NCBI GenBank assembly: GCA_040754455.1
Contig: JBFMCP010000043.1
Coordinates: 1-22,451 of the forward strand
Reading direction: 5' to 3'
DNA from: Nitrospirota bacterium
GTDB lineage: Bacteria > Nitrospirota > Thermodesulfovibrionia > Thermodesulfovibrionales > Dissulfurispiraceae
DNA: 22,451 bases
Shown here: positions 1 to 10,831 of the stretch, one piece after another
How positions within the stretch are numbered: the first letter of the stretch is position 1
How the letters are laid out: every line of letters starts with the position of its first letter
The notes under the pieces: model-generated
The model's database searches: none
What the model was told of the DNA's origin: nothing
Seen by the model: the letters and a program-made list of their open reading frames with translations, nothing else
Position numbers and translations under genes: made by a program

Positions 1-39
1 CATTGAGGCTGAAAGCAGCTCAGGTTACCATGAAAGTTA

Positions 40-125
40 TGGTGCCGGTGGAGAGACTCGAACTCTCACATGGTTGCCCATAGCGGATTTTGAGTCCGCC
101 GCGTCTGCCATTCCACCACACCGGC
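40..125 (-). tRNA. tRNA-Leu(CAA)
   Basis: The reverse complement reads GCCGGTGTGGTGGAATGGCAGACGCGGCGGACT-CAA-AATCCGCTATGGGCAACCATGTGAGAGTTCGAGTCTCTCCACCGGCA-CCA. It has a 7-bp acceptor stem GCCGGTG/CACCGGC, D-loop GG, anticodon CAA, a long variable arm, T-loop GTTCGAG and an encoded CCA. Confidence 0.97.
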
Positions 126-268
126 AAGTGAATATCTTTAATAGATTCAAGATGTAATCGGTGGGAAACAGTTTTTAGTATACCATAAAAAAGTGGACCG
201 AAAAAACGTCTCAAAGTACCGGCTAGGGCAATCACATCAAAATATCGATGTGCCTTGAAAAAAAAGAT

Positions 269-304
269 GAGATTGCATCTCCGCCTCTGGAGGATCGCAA
301 TGAC
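269..304. repeat. Degenerate REP-like palindrome GAGATTGC...TCGCAATGAC
   Basis: GAGATTGC(269-276)...TCCGCCTCTGGAGGA...TCGCAATGAC(295-304) is an imperfect hairpin. It resembles a widespread intergenic GATTGC..CGCAATGAC repeat style, recognised from memory. Confidence 0.5.
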
Positions 305-309
305 GAGGT

Positions 310-373
310 CCCCGAAAAGTAGAAGACTTTTTGGGGTCTATTGGGGGTCCCCGAAGAATGTAATTCTTCGGGG
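310..373. repeat. Two tandem CCCCGAA..TTYGGGG hairpins (REP-like; possible terminator of the tgt-CDF unit)
   Basis: CCCCGAAAAGT-AGAAG-ACTTTTTGGGG (310-336) and CCCCGAAGAAT-GTA-ATTCTTCGGGG (349-373) are both preceded by GGT. They lie just 3' of the CDF stop on the minus strand. Confidence 0.7.
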
Positions 374-394
374 CTGAATGACAGCTTGAGAGTC

Positions 395-2417
<2,023 letters not shown>

Positions 2418-2461
2418 TTAATTATACCTGTTATATCCGCTTCGTGCCGAGTTGAAACGAC

Positions 2462-4444
2462 CTAGAGTGCGGGCAGATGGATGGTGCAGGTTGTTCCCTT
2501 TCCGGGGGTGCTCTCAACGGCGATATGTCCGCCGTGGACCTTGATGATCGCATAGGCTGTCGCAAGGCCCAGGCCGGTGCCTTTATCAACAGGCTTTGTT
2601 GTGAAGAAAGGCTCGAAGATATGGCTTAAGGTCTCCTCGTCAATGCCCGTTCCCGTATCAGTAATGGTGATCGTGACATAACTGCCGGGCGCCAGGTAGG
2701 GGTGTCGGGAGTCACTCTCCGCAACGCGCAGATTGGCCGTGGTGATGCGCAGGGTGCCGCCTTCCGGCATCGCATCCTTACTGTTGATGCAGATATTCAA
2801 GATCGCCTGCTCTATCTGTGAGATATCGCCCTTGATCAGCGCGAGGTCGTCTGCCAGTTCGGTGACGATGGATATCGTTTTCGGGAACGTGTGTGCCAGG
2901 AGATCGCGGAACTTGGTCAGGAAGGCATTGAGCGAGAGAGAATAGCTCGTCTTTTCTTCGAGCAGTGTACCTCTGGAGAGGATCCCCAGCTCGGTGGCGA
3001 GGCCCTGCGCTCTTTGTGCTGCCGTCTCGATCGATTCGGTATGGCGCAGCAATTCATCGAGCAGTTCCCCCTGCACAGGGGTGTTGCTTCCCCGTGCCTG
3101 CTGCAGCTTCATGTTCATCAACGAGGCGTACCCTAACACGCCGACGAGCATGTTGTTGAAGTTATGGGCAACCCCGCCGACCAGGACATTGATGCTCTTC
3201 AACTTCTGCTCCTGTATCACCTCTTTCATGAGCCGCTGCTGCGACTCTTCTTTTTCGAGGAACTCGAATTCCGCCGCGACCATCTGTCCTATGGTCTGCA
3301 GCAGCGTAATATCCGATTCAGAAAACTCTCTATGCTGTCCGAAGGCATTGACAATGCCACTGACCTCGCCCTTTCTGTCGAATACGGGAAATCCTATGTA
3401 CGATTCCGCCTGTGTGTTGTTCAACATGGGCGCACAAGGGAATTCCTTATATGCCTGCCTGCTCACTACTACCATCTGTCTTTTCGTGCACACTCCCTCA
3501 CACGGGGTGCCCTTAAGGGAGATTGTTATATTCTTTTCCAATGTGCCATTAAAGTATCGTGCAACTATTACAGCCGTATTCCCATTCGGATTTATTTTCG
3601 CTATCAATGAGTTCATCCCGAACATTGTGCCGACGGCGACGGCGATCTCGTCAAAGAACTCTTCGCCCCTGTGTGTTATAGCAATATGGTAAATTTTCTT
3701 TATCCGTTCGGTCTGTTCCTGCAGCGAGGCGATCATCTGGCCGATGCTCTCGCTGATGAAGGCGAACTCTTCGATATTCCCGGTGTAGGCAGGCCGCTCT
3801 CCTTTCTTCAGCGGAGTTATGATCGCATTGATAGGCCGCTTGATCGTGCTGTTGAGATGGTAGATGAGCATGAGGGCAGCAGCCAAGAGCGTGAGTCCTG
3901 TGACGGTATAGACGAGCCGCACTTCCCTGATAAGGGCGCCGTATTGCGCGGCATCCTTGACCAGAATAATCTGCCAGTCCCAGGGCTCGAATTTCATCAT
4001 ATAAGCGTAATATCTCTTTCCCTTATGTTCTAAGGACAGAAGGGTGTTTTCCTTAATGCTCTTTTGAACCAGTTCAGGAAGTCCGGCGGGAAGCTCACAC
4101 TGGCAGACAACACGTGTTCTGTTTTCGGTGATGGTGCATTGAAGCCCGGTGTGGTTCATAAAGGCACTGATTTCCTTTGTCGCTAGAGCTTTTTTGATGT
4201 GCACGGATTTCTCGCTGTTTGCCATACCTGACCTGAGCAGCTCATTCATGTTCCTGTCGCAGATCAAGTAGATGCTGTGCGAATTCTCCAGGAAAATCTC
4301 TTTGATCTGCCGGTCTGCAAACTGGGCAACAGAACGGAGGACGAGGGCATACAGGCCGAATCCGGTAATAGTAACAATAATGAGTACTGGGACGATCACC
4401 CTGAAGGCGAGGCTGTTGAAGATGCTGTGCCGGTACTCTTTCAT
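2462..4444 (-). CDS. Membrane sensor histidine kinase (TM-periplasmic-TM-HAMP-GAF-HisKA-HATPase), no receiver domain
   Basis: Two hydrophobic segments, a GAF-like region (GTPCEGV...ESYIGFPVFD), H-box GVAHNFNNML, N-box NICINSKDAM, G1 DTGTGID, F-box IFEPFFTTK and G2 GTGLGL. Confidence 0.92.
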   Translation of the reverse strand: MKEYRHSIFNSLAFRVIVPVLIIVTITGFGLYALVLRSVAQFADRQIKEIFLENSHSIYLICDRNMNELLRSGMANSEKSVHIKKALATKEISAFMNHTGLQCTITENRTRVVCQCELPAGLPELVQKSIKENTLLSLEHKGKRYYAYMMKFEPWDWQIILVKDAAQYGALIREVRLVYTVTGLTLLAAALMLIYHLNSTIKRPINAIITPLKKGERPAYTGNIEEFAFISESIGQMIASLQEQTERIKKIYHIAITHRGEEFFDEIAVAVGTMFGMNSLIAKINPNGNTAVIVARYFNGTLEKNITISLKGTPCEGVCTKRQMVVVSRQAYKEFPCAPMLNNTQAESYIGFPVFDRKGEVSGIVNAFGQHREFSESDITLLQTIGQMVAAEFEFLEKEESQQRLMKEVIQEQKLKSINVLVGGVAHNFNNMLVGVLGYASLMNMKLQQARGSNTPVQGELLDELLRHTESIETAAQRAQGLATELGILSRGTLLEEKTSYSLSLNAFLTKFRDLLAHTFPKTISIVTELADDLALIKGDISQIEQAILNICINSKDAMPEGGTLRITTANLRVAESDSRHPYLAPGSYVTITITDTGTGIDEETLSHIFEPFFTTKPVDKGTGLGLATAYAIIKVHGGHIAVESTPGKGTTCTIHLPAL

Positions 4445-4755
4445 GGTATGCGGTTTTTTCCCGCGTTCGTGGTCTCTTTTGTTTCTTAATGCGCCTGCTG
4501 GAAAGGGAGGCGTTCCTGTTTTTCTTTAATTTTTTTATCGGGAATTCCGATAAATTCTGTTGTCCGGAAGCATACCTTTATTTTTCTCGGCAGATGACTT
4601 CAAGAGTGCTATAATTTGGGATAAGGTACAATGCAGCAGCGCTCTTTGGCTTCGTCATGTGGGGTAGTATACCAAATTTATTCACAAACTTTTCACCGTC
4701 CATTCACGGGAAAAAGGCACTGAAAACAGGATATTACAAAATGATCATTTTTCCC

Positions 4756-4784
4756 TTGACTCGTACAAGATATTGTGGTTTAAT
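4756..4784 (+). promoter_or_regulatory. Sigma70 promoter of nrdJ
   Basis: TTGACT (4756-4761), a 17-bp spacer, then extended -10 TGg-TTTAAT (4776-4784). Confidence 0.7.
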
Positions 4785-4810
4785 TCCTGTCACTACACTA
4801 CATAATGGCC
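4763..4810 (+). promoter_or_regulatory. Tandem NrdR boxes
   Basis: GTACAAGATATTGTGG (4763-4778) and ACACTACATAATGGCC (4795-4810) match the consensus acaCwAtATaTwGtgt. Their starts are 32 bp apart and they lie directly upstream of a ribonucleotide reductase. Confidence 0.8.
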
Positions 4811-4875
4811 CCGCTTAAAAGAGGGCTTATCAAATTTCATATTTATTAAAACTTTAGACTATGGGGGAATCATTC

Positions 4876-7104
4876 ATGGAAGAGACATCGAAAAAATCGT
4901 TAAATCTGCTGCCGAACGCGGTCACTGTCCTCGAAAAACGCTACCTGAAGAGAAATGAGGATGGCACAGTCATAGAGACGCCCGAGGAGCTTTTCCGCAG
5001 AGTCGCCCGGTGCATTGCCTCCGCCGACGCCCAGTACGGCAAGAGCGAGGCGGAAGTACAACGTACCGCCGAGGAATTCTACGAGCTTATGACCTCGCTC
5101 AACTTTCTCCCCAACAGCCCGACCCTGATGAACGCAGGAAGGCGGCTGGGCCAACTGTCGGCCTGTTTTGTGCTCCCTGTCGAGGATTCGATGGAATCCA
5201 TATTCGACGCCGTAAAATACGCGGCGATCATCCATAAGTCGGGAGGCGGCACCGGCTTCAGCTTCTCGCGGCTCCGCCCCAAGGGCGACGTGGTCGGCTC
5301 TACCAAAGGAATATCGTCGGGTCCCATCTCCTTTATGACCGCTTTTGATACCGCCACCGAGGCGGTGAAACAGGGGGGTACCAGGAGGGGCGCCAATATG
5401 GGCATCCTGCGGGTCGATCATCCCGATATTCTCTCGTTTATCACCTGCAAGGACAGCAATAACCGCCTCAACAACTTTAATATCTCGGTGGGACTCACCG
5501 AAGAGTTCATGAAGGCGGTGGAAGAAGACAAAGAATACGATCTCATAAATCCGAGGTCGAAGAAGGTGGTCAACCGCCTCAGGGCAAAGACCGTCTTCGA
5601 CACCATCGTCAAGCAGGCATGGAAGAACGGCGAGCCCGGCATCGTCTTTTTGGACAGGATCAACGCGTCGAATCCGACACCCACGCTCGGCGATATCGAG
5701 TCGACGAATCCCTGCGGCGAGCAGCCGCTCATGCCGTATGAGTCCTGCAACCTGGGCTCCATCAATCTTGCAAAGATGGTGAAGGACGGTCATGTGAACT
5801 GGGCAAAGCTGAAAGAGACCACCTGGAAGGCAGTGCACTTCCTCGACAACGTTATCGATGTCAACAAATATCCGTTGCAGATGATCGACGAGATGACCAA
5901 GGCCAACCGGAAGATCGGTCTCGGCGTCATGGGGTGGGCCGACATGCTCATCCAGATGCGTATCCCCTACAACTCCGACAAGGCGATTGCACTCGCCGAA
6001 GAGGTGATGGGCTTCGTCCAGACCGAGGGCAGGCTCGCCTCGAGCGCTCTCGCCGAGGAGCGCGGCACCTTCCCGAACTTCGAGCACAGTATCTACAAGG
6101 ATGAGATGCATGTCAGGAACGCGACGGTCACGACCATCGCACCGACCGGCAGCCTCTCGATCATTGCCGGCTGCTCTTCGGGCATCGAGCCGCTCTTTGC
6201 GGTCTCGTTCGTCAGGAATGTTATGGAAGGCACCAAGCTTATTGAGGTCAATCCCTACTTCGAGAAGGTTGCGAAAGAGCTCGGCCTCTGGAGCAGGGAG
6301 CTCATGGAACGAATCGCCGAGAAGGGCTCGGTCAAGGACTTCACCGAATTCCCCGAGGAGATCAGAGAGGTCTTTGTCACCGCCCATGATATCACTCCCA
6401 TTGATCACATACGGATGCAGGCGGCGTTCCAGAAATATGTGGATAACGCGGTCTCGAAGACCGTGAACTTCTGTCGCACCGCGACCACCAAAGACGTCGA
6501 AGACGTTTACATGCTTGCCTACAAGAAGGGCTGCAAGGGCGTGACCGTCTATCGCGACGGCTCGAGAGAGGACCAGGTCCTCTCGACCAAGACCACCCGG
6601 GAGGCGGGCACGCAGGAACCGGCGGCAAAAATTCTTCCCAAGAAGCGTCCGGCGGTGATCAAAGGATCGACGAGATTAATGAAGACCGGCTGCGGCCATC
6701 TCTATGTCACCATCAACGAGGACGAAAACGGCAAGCCGTTTGAGGTCTTCACCAATATCGGCAAGGCCGGCGGGTGTGCCTCGAGCCAGGCAGAAGCGAT
6801 CGGCAGGCTCATCTCGCTCTCCCTGAGATCGAACATCGAGCCTGAAGAGATCGTGCAGCAGCTGAAAGGTATCTCGTGCCATCAGCCCTCATGGGCAGAA
6901 GGCGGCAAGGTGCTCTCCTGTTCCGATGCTATCGCCAAAGCGCTGGAGCAGTACTATCGCGGCGGCGCGAATGGAAACGGCAATGGAAAAAAGAACGGCG
7001 ATGTCATCCATCAGATCGGCGCCTGCCCCGAATGCGGCGGCGCCGTAGAGCACGAAGGCGGCTGCGCCATCTGCCACAGTTGCGGATTCACGAAGTGCGG
7101 ATAA
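4876..7104 (+). CDS. nrdJ: Class II (adenosylcobalamin-dependent) ribonucleotide reductase with C-terminal TSCPD domain and Zn ribbon
   Basis: Motifs FLPNSPTLMNAG, QLSACFV, GGTRRGANM, TNPCGEQPL (thiyl-radical Cys), ESCNLGS, TIAPTGS, KGVTVYRDGSR, and a C-terminal CPECG...CHSCG. There is no adjacent nrdB. The ATG at 4876 has a GGGGA Shine-Dalgarno site; 4861 is an alternative start. Confidence 0.95.
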   Translation: MEETSKKSLNLLPNAVTVLEKRYLKRNEDGTVIETPEELFRRVARCIASADAQYGKSEAEVQRTAEEFYELMTSLNFLPNSPTLMNAGRRLGQLSACFVLPVEDSMESIFDAVKYAAIIHKSGGGTGFSFSRLRPKGDVVGSTKGISSGPISFMTAFDTATEAVKQGGTRRGANMGILRVDHPDILSFITCKDSNNRLNNFNISVGLTEEFMKAVEEDKEYDLINPRSKKVVNRLRAKTVFDTIVKQAWKNGEPGIVFLDRINASNPTPTLGDIESTNPCGEQPLMPYESCNLGSINLAKMVKDGHVNWAKLKETTWKAVHFLDNVIDVNKYPLQMIDEMTKANRKIGLGVMGWADMLIQMRIPYNSDKAIALAEEVMGFVQTEGRLASSALAEERGTFPNFEHSIYKDEMHVRNATVTTIAPTGSLSIIAGCSSGIEPLFAVSFVRNVMEGTKLIEVNPYFEKVAKELGLWSRELMERIAEKGSVKDFTEFPEEIREVFVTAHDITPIDHIRMQAAFQKYVDNAVSKTVNFCRTATTKDVEDVYMLAYKKGCKGVTVYRDGSREDQVLSTKTTREAGTQEPAAKILPKKRPAVIKGSTRLMKTGCGHLYVTINEDENGKPFEVFTNIGKAGGCASSQAEAIGRLISLSLRSNIEPEEIVQQLKGISCHQPSWAEGGKVLSCSDAIAKALEQYYRGGANGNGNGKKNGDVIHQIGACPECGGAVEHEGGCAICHSCGFTKCG

Positions 7105-7145
7105 GTTGTTGAAGGTAACCGCAGCAGATAATCACATAAATATAT

Positions 7146-7175
7146 GCCCCGAAGAGCCGAGAGACTTTTCGGGGC
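7146..7175 (+). terminator. Hairpin after nrdJ (same family as 310-373)
   Basis: GCCCCGAAGAG-CCGAGAGA-CTTTTCGGGGC forms an 11-bp stem with one G-U pair and only a weak U tail. Confidence 0.55.
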
Positions 7176-7203
7176 TCCTTATTACATGGTAGAATAGAAA
7201 AGT

Positions 7204-7701
7204 ATGAGCGGAGATAACGGAAATAAGCCTTTTGTACGACCTGCGTGGGATGACTACTTCATCGAAATTGCGAAAGTCGTCTCATCGCGCTCCACCTGTC
7301 TGCGCAGGCGTTACGGGGCGGTGATCGTGAAGGACAGCGTTATCGTCAGCACCGGCTACAACGGTGCGCCGCGGGGGTCGGTGAACTGCGTTGATCTGGG
7401 CACGTGTAAACGGCGGGAGCTGAATATCCCCGCGGGCGAACGCTACGAGCTTTGCGAAGCGGTACATGCCGAACAGAACGCCATTATCAACGGCACACCG
7501 GAGCGCATGAAGGATGCCGTCATCTACATCGCCGGGTTCGAAGAAGACAACTCCTTTGCCGACGGCAAACCCTGCCTCCTCTGCAGGCGCATGATCCAGA
7601 ACGCCATGATCCAGCAGGTCGTCTATCTCAAAAAAGACGGCACCATCGAAAAGATCGATGACGTGCTCGATTTCGTAAAGACCGCAGCTCCGCAGCATTG
7701 A
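7204..7701 (+). CDS. dCMP/cytidine deaminase family protein (ComEB-like)
   Basis: Motifs RPAWDDYF, RSTCLRR, STGYNGAP, HAEQNA and PCLLC (zinc-dependent deaminase). Confidence 0.92.
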   Translation: MSGDNGNKPFVRPAWDDYFIEIAKVVSSRSTCLRRRYGAVIVKDSVIVSTGYNGAPRGSVNCVDLGTCKRRELNIPAGERYELCEAVHAEQNAIINGTPERMKDAVIYIAGFEEDNSFADGKPCLLCRRMIQNAMIQQVVYLKKDGTIEKIDDVLDFVKTAAPQH

Positions 7702-7763
7702 CCTGCTGCGGAGAGCGAGATCAAATAACATCACCCAAGCACAAAATCCCCCCATAATTCCAG

Positions 7764-7792
7764 TTGACAGATCGATGTGATGCCTCTATAGT
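7764..7792 (+). promoter_or_regulatory. Near-consensus sigma70 promoter of the DksA/TraR gene
   Basis: TTGACA (7764-7769), a 17-bp spacer, then TATAGT (7787-7792). Confidence 0.8.
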
Positions 7793-7864
7793 TAAAAGAT
7801 AGTCTTTAATACTGATCATGGGAATTTTCCCATAATACTTACCGCAACATAACGGAGCGTACTG

Positions 7865-8236
7865 ATGGATACAGAGAGAAAAGAACGGTTGATGGCGATC
7901 CTTTCGAATAAGAAGAACGAGTTGCTGAGTGTTTCGAAGAGAGATATGGGAAGCCTTATCAATGCGGATGCCCGGCAGGCATACGGCGCAGGGGGCGAAG
8001 ACGGCGATATCTCGGCCTCGCTGCAGATCGAGGACGTGAGCATCACCGCATTGAATGTGAGGAGAGATATGATCCGGCAGATCGACAGAGCGCTGCAGCG
8101 GTTGCGGGATGACGAATACGGCATCTGCAGCGAATGCGGCGATGAGATCGATGAGCGGCGGCTGAAGGTAATGCCCTTTGCCTCGCTCTGCAGGGACTGC
8201 CAGGAGCTCAAGGAGTCGCTCGAAAAAGTAGGATAG
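7865..8236 (+). CDS. DksA/TraR family C4 zinc-finger protein
   Basis: A coiled coil followed by IDRALQRL..DEYGICSECGDEIDERRLKVMPFASLCRDCQE. Confidence 0.92.
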   Translation: MDTERKERLMAILSNKKNELLSVSKRDMGSLINADARQAYGAGGEDGDISASLQIEDVSITALNVRRDMIRQIDRALQRLRDDEYGICSECGDEIDERRLKVMPFASLCRDCQELKESLEKVG

Positions 8237-8250
8237 CTCTTTATAGCTTC

Positions 8251-8427
8251 TTAGCCGCCCTGAACATCGATCCGACAGTAAACGTTGACGTTGCGATGCC
8301 TGTTGTGCCCGCAGTCGATATCGGGCACTGTTTCGCCTTCATGCAATGACCCCACCTTGAAAGGATTGCCCACGCCGCAAAATGACCGGATTGTTTCTCC
8401 GGGTGTATCCTCGATAGCTGTCCCCAT
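8251..8427 (-). pseudogene. Relic of an ArsM-like SAM-dependent methyltransferase (58-codon ORF)
   Basis: Manual translation gives MGTAIEDTPGETIRSFCGVGNPFKVGSLHEGETVPDIDCGHNRHRNVNVYCRIDVQGG*. SFCGVGNPF..G.L..GETV.DI.CG matches the segment leading into motif I of ArsM-like methyltransferases. Motif I is degenerate and the rest of the fold is absent. Confidence 0.65.
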
Positions 8428-8611
8428 TATAAAGAACCGACCGGTAAGAGGGCAAAGTGAAAGCTACCATAGGAAAAATAAAACGTAAATAGTTTAAAAT
8501 AGGCCCATGAAAGCCAAGAAGAACCTCATCGTCGTCGCGACAGAGGATTAATCGGGCCCCGACGACGAACATGATCGAAATTTTTTCTGCTCTCTCTGTG
8601 ATTGAGGTCTT

Positions 8612-10063
8612 ATGAAAGAACTGCTCCTCATAAGTGCGGGGCTCCTTATCGGCGGTATAGCGGCCTGGTTCATTGCAGGTGCGCGGCGGCAGAGTGAGCT
8701 CGTCAGACGTACTGCGGAACTTCAGACAAATTATGCCGGCCAGATTGCGACTCTTGAAGGGAAAGCAAAGAGCGCCGAAGCAGTTGTGGGCGAGCTGCGG
8801 CAGCAGATGCAGCAGAAGGAGCGGGAGCTCTCCCTGTTGAGAAATGAGCTCGACGGCGAGCGCCATCAGCGGGTTGAGACAGCGACAAGGCTGGAGGAAT
8901 CGCACAAGCGGCTGGAGGATTCCTACAAGAGCCTCGAACAGCAGAAAGAGCTCATCGAGGTAATGAAAAAAGAGATCATCGATACCTTCAGCGTGCTCTC
9001 CTCGGCAGCGCTCAAGAGCAGCAGCGAGGATTTCCTCCGGCTCGCTTCTGAGAGCCTGGGGAAGGTCGTTGCCGAAACAAAGGGAAAGCTCGGCGAGCAT
9101 CAGGCGGCAATGGACGGCACCATAAAGCCGCTCCAGGAGATGCTGAAGCGCTATGAGCAGCAGCTGAGGGATATCGAGGAGAGCAGGCATAAGACCTACG
9201 GCAGTCTCTCGGAACAGCTGAAATCGCTCTCGTCCATGCATGAGCGGCTCCAGAAGGAGACGAATAATCTGGTGACCGCGTTGAGCAGGCCCAAGGTGAG
9301 CGGCTCCTGGGGCGAGCTGGGACTGCGGCGGGTCGTGGAGCTGGCGGGCATGACCGCCTATTGCGATTTCTACGAGCAGGAATCGGTATCGACCGAAAGC
9401 GGCAGGCTTAGGCCTGATATGATCGTGCGTCTCCCTAACGGTAGAGAGATCGTCATCGATGCCAAAGCGCCGGTCGAAGCCTACATGGGTGTTGTCTCGG
9501 CAGCGACGGAAGAGGAGCGGAAGAAGGCGCTGGCGAGCTATGTCGCCAACGTGCGGAACCACATGAATGCGCTGAGCTCGAAATCGTATTGGGACCAGTT
9601 TGCCCGATCCCCTGAAATCGTGGTGATGTATCTACCGGGTGAATCCTTCTTCAGTGCGGCGATCGAATACGACCACCGGCTGATCGAGGACGGCAGCGCC
9701 AAGCGGGTCGTCCTCGCAACGCCGACCACCTGCATTGCACTGCTCAAGGCTATTGCCTACGGCTGGCAGCAGGAGCAGGTCACCAAGAGCGCGCAGGAGA
9801 TCAGCAAATTAGGGAAGGATTTGTATGAGCGGTTCTCGATCATGCTCGAGCACTATGCGAAGACCGGCCTGGCGATCCGCAAGGCGGTGGAATCGTATAA
9901 TGAAGGGGTGCGGTCGGTCGAGTCGCGGCTGATCCCGTCGATCAAGAAATTCAAGGAGCTCGGTGTCTCGAGCGCCAAGGAGATTATTCCCCCTGCCGAG
10001 ATCCCCCAGACCGCGAAGTCCATCGAGCATCTCAGCCTTGAATTTACCGACCAGGATACGTAG
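8612..10063 (+). CDS. rmuC: DNA recombination protein RmuC
   Basis: N-terminal TM segment, long coiled coil, GSWGELGLRRVVELAGM, RPDMIVRLP..REIVIDAK, VMYLPGE and VVLATPTT. Confidence 0.95.
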   Translation: MKELLLISAGLLIGGIAAWFIAGARRQSELVRRTAELQTNYAGQIATLEGKAKSAEAVVGELRQQMQQKERELSLLRNELDGERHQRVETATRLEESHKRLEDSYKSLEQQKELIEVMKKEIIDTFSVLSSAALKSSSEDFLRLASESLGKVVAETKGKLGEHQAAMDGTIKPLQEMLKRYEQQLRDIEESRHKTYGSLSEQLKSLSSMHERLQKETNNLVTALSRPKVSGSWGELGLRRVVELAGMTAYCDFYEQESVSTESGRLRPDMIVRLPNGREIVIDAKAPVEAYMGVVSAATEEERKKALASYVANVRNHMNALSSKSYWDQFARSPEIVVMYLPGESFFSAAIEYDHRLIEDGSAKRVVLATPTTCIALLKAIAYGWQQEQVTKSAQEISKLGKDLYERFSIMLEHYAKTGLAIRKAVESYNEGVRSVESRLIPSIKKFKELGVSSAKEIIPPAEIPQTAKSIEHLSLEFTDQDT

Positions 10064-10072
10064 GATAAAGGC

Positions 10073-10831
10073 ATGCACATGCTCCCGAAAAGAGACGGCA
10101 TGGTCAAGATCGAGGATCTGAAAGGCTCGGAGTCCTTCAGGATATTCCGCATCCAGGGAGAACTGGTCGACGGGTTCGAGGCGCTCTACAATCTCGGTCC
10201 GGCAGTGAGTATCTTCGGCAGTGCGCGGCTCGGCGAGGACACCTACTATTACCGGCAGGCGGTAAAAGTGGCGGAGATGCTTTCGAAGGCAGGGTTCTCG
10301 ATCATCACCGGCGGAGGTCCCGGCATCATGGAAGCGGCAAACCGCGGTGCACGAAAAGGGAAGGGCAAGTCTGTCGGCCTGAACATACTCCTCCCCCACG
10401 AGCAGAAGCCGAACCGGTATCAGGACATCAATGTCTCCTTCAAATATTTCTTTGTCAGAAAGCTGATGTTCATCAAATACGCCATCGCCTTTATCATATT
10501 TCCCGGCGGATTCGGCACCATGGACGAGATGTTTGAAGCATTGACCCTCACCCAGACGGGTAAGATCGATGCGTTCCCCATCATCCTCTACGGCAGGGAG
10601 TACTGGCAGGGGCTCATCGACTGGATGAAGAACACACTCGTGAAAGAGGGTACGATAAGCCGCGAGGACTTTGCCTTTTTCCAGATCGTGGATGATCCCA
10701 AGGACGTCTGCGAGCTTTTAAAGGAGCACTATCGCGTCTTCGGCGGGCCGGTGCCGCTCGGGGAATGCAGGAATAATAACGGCAAGAGAATTCAGGAGTC
10801 AGGATCCAGGATCCAGAAGAAGAGCAAATAG
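10073..10831 (+). CDS. LOG family (TIGR00730-type) nucleotide phosphoribohydrolase
   Basis: Motifs VSIFGSAR, ITGGGPGIMEAANRG, FFVRKLMF and PGGFGTMDE. Confidence 0.93.
   Translation: MHMLPKRDGMVKIEDLKGSESFRIFRIQGELVDGFEALYNLGPAVSIFGSARLGEDTYYYRQAVKVAEMLSKAGFSIITGGGPGIMEAANRGARKGKGKSVGLNILLPHEQKPNRYQDINVSFKYFFVRKLMFIKYAIAFIIFPGGFGTMDEMFEALTLTQTGKIDAFPIILYGREYWQGLIDWMKNTLVKEGTISREDFAFFQIVDDPKDVCELLKEHYRVFGGPVPLGECRNNNGKRIQESGSRIQKKSK

Noticed and set aside
20..235. 71-aa minus-strand ORF
   Set aside because: It overlaps tRNA-Leu on the same strand and is a chance reading.
4445..4860. Cobalamin riboswitch upstream of nrdJ
   Set aside because: No recognisable B12-box or conserved core is present. 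NrdR boxes explain the regulation.
4900..6408. 502-aa minus-strand ORF
   Set aside because: It is the antisense shadow of GC-rich nrdJ.
4876..7104. Possible intein or intron in nrdJ
   Set aside because: The ORF is continuous and of ordinary length, the catalytic motifs are uninterrupted, and no splicing or homing-endonuclease motifs are seen.
7688..7713. Perfect 10-bp hairpin over the deaminase stop codon
   Set aside because: The stem is real (CTCCGCAGCA/TGCTGCGGAG) but has no U-tract, so it was not called a terminator.
8339..9562. 407-aa minus-strand ORF
   Set aside because: It is mostly antisense to rmuC. The methyltransferase-like signal in this area lies in a different frame.
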